Positions 26,493-33,528 of a stretch of DNA of 64,000 bases are shown piece after piece; the first letter of the stretch is position 1, and every line of letters begins with the position of its first letter. The position numbers and the translations under genes were made by a program. The notes under the pieces were generated by a model. That model was not told the DNA's origin and searched no databases. It was given only the letters and a program-made list of their open reading frames with translations. Source of the stretch: Dehalococcoidia bacterium (GTDB lineage Bacteria > Chloroflexota > Dehalococcoidia > SM23-28-2 > RBG-16-64-32); assembly GCA_963665775.2 (NCBI GenBank), contig CAXXTF010000002.1, forward strand, positions 1,152,001-1,216,000, read 5' to 3'.

Positions 26493-26696
26493 CTATGCTA
26501 TTGCCCCGGATACCAGTCCCAGCAGCATGTGCCCCCTTAGCTGGCCCAACTGCTGGCGGAACTCCGGGTCTTCTAGTCGCCGGTAGACAGTCCGCTCGGA
26601 TATGCCGGCCTCAGTGGCTGCGGCCTCAACCGTCCTTCCGCCAGCCAATAGCGCGACGAGGCGAGAATTCGCCCTTGTCCTGTCACCGCCTGCCAT
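26493..26696 (-). CDS. Small HTH protein (terminase small subunit/PhBC6A51-like HTH)
   Basis: LLAGGRTVEAAATEAGISERTVYRRLEDPEFRQ HTH pattern typical of phage/satellite TerS-like proteins. Confidence 0.6.
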   Translation of the reverse strand: MAGGDRTRANSRLVALLAGGRTVEAAATEAGISERTVYRRLEDPEFRQQLGQLRGHMLLGLVSGAIA

Positions 26697-26744
26697 CTAG
26701 CGCCACCTCGACGATGCGAAGGCACCAATGCCCGATTTGTGATC

Positions 26745-26840
26745 CTCTTTATATAGGGCGTTACACCGTTCCTCTAGCCGCTTCATTCTTTGGTAATGGG
26801 GTAACGGCATATATACCGTAAGCGTTCCGTCGTTACGATC
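26745..26840. other. Putative replication origin of the element
   Basis: CGTTAC/GTAACG iteron-like hexamers (26759, 26801, 26831, plus variants) around TATATA/ATATA tracts, directly downstream of the Rep gene. Confidence 0.4.
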
Positions 26841-26854
26841 TCTAATGCACGTTC

Positions 26855-27970
26855 TCAGAGTGTCCTCCATCGGAAGGGTTTAGTGCCTTCCGAAGCCACC
26901 TTCCCCCTCTTCTTCAGCCGCTTCAGTCGTCCTAGCGCCGCATGTGTTTCGACACCCAGGGCTCCAGCGAATTCGGCGGTAGTAGGGCGATCCAGTCCTT
27001 TAAGAGCATCCAGGGTCTCTTCCTGGTCATCCGTGAGGCCGGCTGGCTCATGATGAAGCCGTCCCTCATGTCCCAGAGTAATGTCGAAATCGTCCGGAGG
27101 GGGCATCGTGCGGGACTCGATATGAACCCTCGCTCTGGCTGTCTCAGTACCCTGCCTGTCGACAGCCTTGAGAAAGATGCGGAGGTCAGGCGCATCGATG
27201 AGACGGCCGGAGCCCCTGGCCCGTCGTTCCCTGTCCTTCGGGTCATGGTGCACGAAAATGATGGTTCGACCCTTATCCCTGAGTTCCTTGAGGCGATCGA
27301 TTACTTCTGTGACGTCCGAGGCACGGTTCTCATCGAACACTCGGCCTCCTGGCCACATTTCGGACATGGGATCGAGGAGAAGGAAGGTGATATGCTCCTG
27401 GGTCATCAAGGTGTCAAGCTGTAGCATGTTTTCGGAGTCGATGCGAAAATTCTGGCGGCTAATAACGAGAAGGCGATCCCACCAATCGGCCTCGGGGCCG
27501 GCACGGGCTATCATTCTCCGGTCGAAGACCCCAGTGTGGATTTCGTTCTGAACGATAAGAGCCTTGCCTGGCCGCTGCACTGTGAACCTACCGAATGCTG
27601 GCAGGCCGGAAGCTATTGAGATAGCCAGTTCAGCGCCCATGCGGGACTTGAGGCGATTTGCCGGGCCGGTCAGTATACCGACTTTACCCTCCCTGCAGAT
27701 CCCATCTATCTGCATCGGTGGCTCTGGTACGGGGTTCGCCGCTATTTCGCGAAGAGTCCGATACTTCGGCTGACGGTCTGGCGTCCGTCCGTTATTGCTC
27801 CGGGCTTGAACGAAATGTTCCTTTCTGGCCTCGGCAGCGCCATCTGGAATTAAGTCACAGCGGTCTACGGGCAAACGGCAGTTCGTGCATAGCAGGGAGC
27901 CATCCGGCGCTTCCTTGACGGACTTCCGACAGAGAGGACAGGCGACCCCAGGGAGCGTTGGCAACGTCAT
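26855..27970 (-). CDS. Replication protein: N-terminal Cys Zn-finger, AAA_25 (RepA/RecA-type) helicase, C-terminal wHTH
   Basis: CPLC..CTNC; variant Walker A GPANRLKS; LLLDP Walker B; FVHH; RARGSG; start could extend to 28060. Confidence 0.75.
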   Translation of the reverse strand: MTLPTLPGVACPLCRKSVKEAPDGSLLCTNCRLPVDRCDLIPDGAAEARKEHFVQARSNNGRTPDRQPKYRTLREIAANPVPEPPMQIDGICREGKVGILTGPANRLKSRMGAELAISIASGLPAFGRFTVQRPGKALIVQNEIHTGVFDRRMIARAGPEADWWDRLLVISRQNFRIDSENMLQLDTLMTQEHITFLLLDPMSEMWPGGRVFDENRASDVTEVIDRLKELRDKGRTIIFVHHDPKDRERRARGSGRLIDAPDLRIFLKAVDRQGTETARARVHIESRTMPPPDDFDITLGHEGRLHHEPAGLTDDQEETLDALKGLDRPTTAEFAGALGVETHAALGRLKRLKKRGKVASEGTKPFRWRTL

Positions 27971-28034
27971 CCCGCGCCTCGTCCCTTGCTGAAGGGTCGC
28001 TCCCTGGTAGCCCCGGTGAGCCAGCGCCTGTAAG

Positions 28035-28235
28035 TCAACCTCTACGACCCCCGAGCTCATGTTCCTGCTCGCCTAGCAGGCGCTCCAGCTCGGCACGGGG
28101 CACTTTTAGAAGGCGGCCCACTCGCAGGATACGGCACGGAAATTTGCCCCTTCGAGCCAGGTCGTATGCAAGCCACCGTGAGATGCCGATCTCTTTCGCT
28201 GCTGCCTCGATGGACAATGTCCTATTGCCTTCCAC
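28035..28235 (-). CDS. Excisionase/AlpA-like HTH_17 DNA-binding protein
   Basis: TLSIEAAAKEIGISRWLAYDLARRGKFPCRILRVGRLLKVPRAELERLL; GAGGAGG RBS before GTG 28235. Confidence 0.85.
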   Translation of the reverse strand: MEGNRTLSIEAAAKEIGISRWLAYDLARRGKFPCRILRVGRLLKVPRAELERLLGEQEHELGGRRG

Positions 28236-28344
28236 CTCTTGCCTCCTCAGGATGGTGATGGGTTGACCTAGTTTCGTGATGAAGCGTAAAGTAGTATAGT
28301 ATGTAGAGACAAGCTGAGATGCTATTAGTTTTGCAATACTAGTG

Positions 28345-29193
28345 ATGGAAACTACGACTATATCGGCTTTCACGTGGCCACGAGGCGAGTCCGAAGGGTG
28401 GAGCGTTCTGGCGGATGTGGCCAACCTCCCTCCTTTAATAGTCTACGACCAAGGCTGGCCGCATCCGTGGGACAATCCTTACCGGCCGTTGGATGAGGTG
28501 CCACGCCTCTTCGAGGAGCTAGCGGCGCTTGGCGCAAGAGCTTGCCAAGAGGGAGAGCGAATAGCGAGCGAAATTGATGCGGAAGTTCCGGCGTGGAGAG
28601 GACGGGGAGAACCAAGTGAGATAGCTAGACGAGGTGAACCACTCGGGCCACCTGATTGGAGTGTCTCGGCCGCAGAGGACAGGGGTATCCAACAGCGAGT
28701 TCTAAGATTCGTGCGCGATCATGGACCGTTACGTATTCCCCGAACCGAACTTACCCCCATTGGGTGGCGGGTGGCTGACTTTATCAGTGAAGCATACGAA
28801 CTCAACAAAGCACTAGTACTAACCCGGCAGGTACGCTCGCTTGAAAAAGATGCGCTGGACGACGAGGAGCGGCGCAGTGACAGCGAACTCTCCGGCCTGC
28901 AGCTGGATCTCCAGATGGCTATTTCAACCTACCTCCCGGTGGTATCCCTTGTCCTGCTTAGAGATGACCGTTCTGGTCGGCTCCAAACCGGATTTTCCTG
29001 TCAGAATCTGATCTCCGCAGCCTGGCTTCAAGCCTACGAGGCGTTCACGGGTGGTCGGAGTTTGAGCACCTGCAATGGCTGCGGACGCCTCTATGCGATG
29101 GTTGACCCACGTCAGGAATACCATGATGCGGGATGCAGGAATCGCAGTAATGCACGTCGTTCTCGCGAGAGACAGAAAGGAGCGCATCGATGA
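28345..29193 (+). CDS. CGNR-type zinc-finger protein
   Basis: C-terminal CNGCGRLY..RQEYHDAGCRNRSNARRSRER; ATGA overlap with the integrase. Confidence 0.7.
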   Translation: METTTISAFTWPRGESEGWSVLADVANLPPLIVYDQGWPHPWDNPYRPLDEVPRLFEELAALGARACQEGERIASEIDAEVPAWRGRGEPSEIARRGEPLGPPDWSVSAAEDRGIQQRVLRFVRDHGPLRIPRTELTPIGWRVADFISEAYELNKALVLTRQVRSLEKDALDDEERRSDSELSGLQLDLQMAISTYLPVVSLVLLRDDRSGRLQTGFSCQNLISAAWLQAYEAFTGGRSLSTCNGCGRLYAMVDPRQEYHDAGCRNRSNARRSRERQKGAHR

Positions 29194-30329
29194 GAGGACA
29201 TATCAGGCGGCGCGGCGAGAAGTGGGTGGTCGTTGTAGATACCGGCGTCGACGTAAATGGCCGCCGCAAGCAGAGATGGCACTCGGGCTTCGACACTAAG
29301 CGAGACGCCTCGAAGGCGCTGACGGAGATCCTGGGCCGGTTGCAGTCCGGCCTCTACGTGGAGCCATCGAAGGAGACCCTCACCCATTTTTTGCGCGGCT
29401 GGCTAGCTGCTATCCGGCCGAAGCTTAGACCCTCGACCTGGGCGTCCTATCAGATGAACGTCGAGTCGCATATCATCCCGCGTATCGGCACGACACCCCT
29501 CCAGGGCCTCACTGCGGCTGGCCTGAACGCTTTCTACGCGGAACTGCTAGAGAGTGGCAGGAGGGGAGGCAGCGGAGGTCTAAGCGCCCGTACGGTGCGT
29601 TACAACCACACCATCCTGCGGAAGGCCCTCTCCGAGGCAGTGAGGTGGAATCAGCTTGCTCGGAATGTTTCGGATCTTGCCGATCCACCGCGCCAGAGCT
29701 CAACTAGTGGCCAGATGCGAACCTGGAGTGCCCAGGAGCTTCGCGCCTTCTTGGAGCAGGTGAACGATGATCGCTTATACGCGGCGTGGCTCGTGGCCGC
29801 CACGACAGGTATGCGGAGGGGTGAGGTGCTGGGCCTGCGCTGGCGGGATGTCGATCTCGACGCAGGCAGGATAGCCGTGACGCAGACTCTCGTTACAGTA
29901 CGGAACAAGCCATCGTATTCCACTCCCAAGACGGCGAAAGGGAGGCGATCCGTGGCGCTGGACGCGGCCACTGTGGCCGCCCTGCGTGAGCATCGCAGGG
30001 CTCAGATTGAGGAACGGCTCGTGTTCGGGCAGGATTGGCCGGACAGCGACCTAGTATTTCGTCTTGAGGATGGGGAGGCGATTCATCCCGACCGCTTCTC
30101 CGCCTGGTTCGAGCGGCACATCAAGGCCACTGGCTTACCACCTATCCGCCTTCATGATCTGCGGCACACACATGCGACACTCGCCCTAAGCGCCGGTGTC
30201 CACCCAAAGGTGGTTAGTGAGAGACTTGGCCACGCAACGGTATCCATTACTTTGGACACCTACTCTCACGCGATTCCAGCAATGCAGGAGGAAGCCGCTG
30301 AGAAGGTGGCTGCGCTGGTATTCGGCTAG
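29190..30329 (+). CDS. Site-specific tyrosine integrase (ICEBs1/Tn916-like with arm-binding domain)
   Basis: MRGHIRRRG arm domain, TTGMRRGEVLGLRW, PKTAKG, HDLRHTHAT, LGHATVSITLDTYSH; catalytic R-K-H-R-H-Y intact. Confidence 0.95.
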   Translation: MRGHIRRRGEKWVVVVDTGVDVNGRRKQRWHSGFDTKRDASKALTEILGRLQSGLYVEPSKETLTHFLRGWLAAIRPKLRPSTWASYQMNVESHIIPRIGTTPLQGLTAAGLNAFYAELLESGRRGGSGGLSARTVRYNHTILRKALSEAVRWNQLARNVSDLADPPRQSSTSGQMRTWSAQELRAFLEQVNDDRLYAAWLVAATTGMRRGEVLGLRWRDVDLDAGRIAVTQTLVTVRNKPSYSTPKTAKGRRSVALDAATVAALREHRRAQIEERLVFGQDWPDSDLVFRLEDGEAIHPDRFSAWFERHIKATGLPPIRLHDLRHTHATLALSAGVHPKVVSERLGHATVSITLDTYSHAIPAMQEEAAEKVAALVFG

Positions 30330-30382
30330 GTCGTGGACGCCTTCCCGATTAAGGCCGTCACGGTGGCGGTCACTTGTGGCAT

Positions 30383-30410
30383 TTGACCGCCTCTTCGGCG
30401 GGGGTATAAT
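30383..30410 (+). promoter_or_regulatory. Sigma70-type promoter downstream of int, pointing outward
   Basis: TTGACC-N16-TATAAT. Confidence 0.45.
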
Positions 30411-30660
30411 CCGAACGTATTTCCGAACTCTTGCCCGCGCCCGCCTGGTCGCCTGTGCCGTAGGAGGACTGTGATACAAGAACTCCGTTCGTATTGAAGC
30501 GGCAACTAGGCGGTGGGCGCATGTTTGCATTTCGTTTGCAAAACGGCACTCCCGTGATTCGCAGAACCTCTGGGCAAGTGCTAAATCGACCTGATTCAGA
30601 TACGATTTGGGTGCCTCTGGCGGGGTCATGCGAGCCAGGTCGGCGGTTAGCTAGGGGATT

Positions 30661-31848
30661 ATGAGGCACCTAGCTATAGCTCTATCGAACTCCGGCGGGC
30701 CACGCAGGCAGGGAATCGCGCTGCGCCTGCGGCGATTGAGCCTGTTGACGAGCCGCAAAGCCATGGTACCGGTGCCCCCAGTGATAGCGCCGCCGGCCTC
30801 CTCGGTGACAATCATCGTTCCGGCGCGTGACGAGGAGCGGGGCATTGAGGCCTGTGTCCGTTCTCTGCTCGATCAAACGTACGCCAACTACGAGTTGACC
30901 GTAGTCGATGACAGATCAGAGGACGCCACCCCGGCTATCTTGCAGCGGCTAGCAGGAGAGTCGTCGCGGCTACGGGTTATAGCGGCGCCGCCGCTGCCTG
31001 TCGGCTGGGTCGGCCAGACCTGGGCGTGGCGGACGGCAGCAGTTCCGGCAACCAGCGAATGGCTCCTCTTCACCGACGCCGATACCCAACATGAGCCAAG
31101 GACCCTGGCGGCGGTCGTCGCCTTCGCCGAGTCCCACGACCTGGACATGCTCTCGCTAATCACTGGGCAAGAGCTCGTGACCTTTTGGGAAAGAGCCATC
31201 ATGCCAGCTATCTTTGCCCTGGCAATGCAGGCGGGCGGCTCCCTGGAGGAGGTAAACGATCCTGCCTCTCCGGTGGCCAAGGCGAACGGACAGTTCATAC
31301 TCATCCGCAGGGCCGTCTTAGAAGCCGTGGGCGGTCACGAGGCGGTTAGAGGCGAGGTGCTGAACGACCAAGCCATGGCCAGGCTCATCAAAGGCCATGG
31401 TTACAGGATAATTTTGGCCGACGGTCGCGACTGGGTGCGAACGCGGATGTACCACTCCCTGAGGGAGATCTGGGGGGGCTTCACCAAGAACGTTTTCTTC
31501 GCCGCTAAACAGAGCCTCGCCAAAGTATTGTTCGGCGCGATCGTCCTCTTGAGCCTATCGTTGGGACCGTTTGCGCTGATCGGTTTAGGCATTGCCTGGC
31601 TGGTCACCGGCTCGGGCGGCTTCTGGCCCTGGCTGGCCCTCTCGCTGGGCGGGTTGGGAATCCTGTGGCAGGTGGTGCGCGGCGCAGGGATGGCAGCGGC
31701 GCTGCGCGTTCCGATTGCCTATGGTGTCTTCCATCCGTTGGGAGTCAGCGTCTTTGTGGGCATTATGCTCAATTCGGCCTTCCAGGTGCTGTCCGGACGC
31801 GGCGTCACCTGGAAGGGCCGCGCTTACATCAAGCGAAGTGACCGCTAG
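30661..31848 (+). CDS. Family 2 glycosyltransferase (HpnB/CrtQ-like lipid glycosyltransferase)
   Basis: IIVPARDEE, VVDDRSEDAT, LLFTDAD, ANGQFILIRR, RTRMY, C-terminal TM helices, VTWKGR; start uncertain. Confidence 0.85.
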   Translation: MRHLAIALSNSGGPRRQGIALRLRRLSLLTSRKAMVPVPPVIAPPASSVTIIVPARDEERGIEACVRSLLDQTYANYELTVVDDRSEDATPAILQRLAGESSRLRVIAAPPLPVGWVGQTWAWRTAAVPATSEWLLFTDADTQHEPRTLAAVVAFAESHDLDMLSLITGQELVTFWERAIMPAIFALAMQAGGSLEEVNDPASPVAKANGQFILIRRAVLEAVGGHEAVRGEVLNDQAMARLIKGHGYRIILADGRDWVRTRMYHSLREIWGGFTKNVFFAAKQSLAKVLFGAIVLLSLSLGPFALIGLGIAWLVTGSGGFWPWLALSLGGLGILWQVVRGAGMAAALRVPIAYGVFHPLGVSVFVGIMLNSAFQVLSGRGVTWKGRAYIKRSDR

Positions 31849-31914
31849 GCAGTATTTCTATATACCGCTGGCGTGGATAGGGAAACACCCCTGATCACGA
31901 AAACACGCTCAGGG

Positions 31915-33330
31915 CTAATGCCGCAGGTCGCGGACGCGCAGGGCCTTTGGCCCCAGATGCAGGTTCTCCACCGCTTCTACCTTCAGCTCAAACGCCTGGG
32001 CGCGGAAGTCCGCCTCCAGGTCGGGGTAGAGGGCGAATAGACTCTTGGCCACTACGTCAGTTTCCAGGCCGTGCCCGGACTCCACTCCAACTCGCAAGGT
32101 GAGCCGGTCGACGTGTTCGACGTGGTCGACCAGCAGCTCCAGGACGCCGTTTGCCCCCTCCAGCTCAGCGACGGCCTCGGCCACCAGAGGGGCGTATAAA
32201 TTGGTTGCCGCGACGACAACAGTGTCGTCCAGCCGGCCCTCGATAACGATGGCCGGCACAGGGGAGCCGCAGCCACACAGCGCCCAGCGGCCGCCGTCGC
32301 CAGTGCGGTAGCGAAGGAGGGGCATCGCCTCGCGCGTCAGGGTGGTGAAGACCAGTTCACCCTTCGGACACGGCTGCCCGCTCTCTGGGTCGACGATCTC
32401 CGTAAAGAACTGGATTTCGTTCAGGTGAAGGGCCTGGCAGCCGGCTCTACCCATAGCGCCGCCAGGGATCTCGGTGAGGCCATAGCCGTTGATGACCCTG
32501 GCACCCCAATAGGCAGAGAAGAGCTCAACCTGGGCCAGCGTCAGCAGCTCGCCGTCCAGCAGAATGTAAGACAGCGGCAGGTGCACCCCGGCACGTTTTG
32601 CCTCTCGGGTTAGGGAAGCCATATAGGAGGGCGAGGTCATCATAGCGTTGGGCTGCAGGTGGGCGATCTGCTTGAGGGTCTCGGCTGGCAGCGGCTGACC
32701 CACCGGGAGGGCGCGGCCGCCTGCGCGCTCGATGACGGCCTGCGGCGGACCGTTCAGGATAAACTGACCCTGAGCATGGGCGATGAGGCAGACGATGGGC
32801 TCCCCTGATGGCAGGGAGCGCAGCAGAAGCGCCGGCAGGTTGACCATCCGATCGAAATCGCGGGCTGAGTAATAGACCCGCTTTGGCTCACGGGTGGTCC
32901 CCGAGGTCGTATAGACGTGAGCGATCTCGTCGGCGGGCAGGCACAGAAACTGGTCCGCGTCCGCTATGTCTGCCGGAGTGGTGAACGGGAGGCGACGTAA
33001 ATCGTCCAAGCTCCGAATGTCCCGCGGCTTTGTCGAGGAGTCAGCAAACATTCTGCGGTAGAAGGGCGAGCGGTCGGCAACATGGCCGATCGTGCGGCGC
33101 AGTCGGATTTCCTGAAGAGCGCGGATGAGGGCCGGGCGATACCAACGCTGCCGTGAACTAGCTGTTAGGCGCTGAGACAAGAGGCGTGGAAGGCGTCGTC
33201 CTGGCTTCGTTTCCAGTCTGGTCAACCACCAATCCAGCACGCGTGCGAGAAGCCGGTGGCGCGGCTTTGGCCTCACGCTACCGGCGATGACTGGAGCCCC
33301 AGTGTCTGAACCCATCGATAAACCTGTCAC
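31915..33330 (-). CDS. Phenylacetate--CoA ligase (PaaK)-family AMP-binding enzyme
   Basis: SPFYRR, LPFTT, TTSGTTREPK, YGLTE, MPLLRYRTGD, IEGRLDD. Confidence 0.85.
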   Translation of the reverse strand: MTGLSMGSDTGAPVIAGSVRPKPRHRLLARVLDWWLTRLETKPGRRLPRLLSQRLTASSRQRWYRPALIRALQEIRLRRTIGHVADRSPFYRRMFADSSTKPRDIRSLDDLRRLPFTTPADIADADQFLCLPADEIAHVYTTSGTTREPKRVYYSARDFDRMVNLPALLLRSLPSGEPIVCLIAHAQGQFILNGPPQAVIERAGGRALPVGQPLPAETLKQIAHLQPNAMMTSPSYMASLTREAKRAGVHLPLSYILLDGELLTLAQVELFSAYWGARVINGYGLTEIPGGAMGRAGCQALHLNEIQFFTEIVDPESGQPCPKGELVFTTLTREAMPLLRYRTGDGGRWALCGCGSPVPAIVIEGRLDDTVVVAATNLYAPLVAEAVAELEGANGVLELLVDHVEHVDRLTLRVGVESGHGLETDVVAKSLFALYPDLEADFRAQAFELKVEAVENLHLGPKALRVRDLRH

Positions 33331-33528
33331 CAGCTCCGTTTCCGTGCTGAAGCGTTGAGGCCAATCCTAGCATGCCCTTGTAATCCATAACAAGACGCCC
33401 CAAAGCAACGATTTGAGATCGTGGTTAGAGGGCATAGTCTGTCTGTCAAGCTGATCCATAACCCCCGCGTGCTCGATTTCGTCGAACGACGCTTCGGTTC
33501 GGTTCGGTATGGAAGATGGTAGCGAACG

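Larger units (their letters stand above)
26493..30624. mobile_element. Compact integrative, satellite-like element (left end truncated by IS1380)
   Basis: Integrase + CGNR protein on +; xis, AAA_25 Rep, ori-like repeats and HTH on -; arm-like repeats right of int. Confidence 0.65.
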
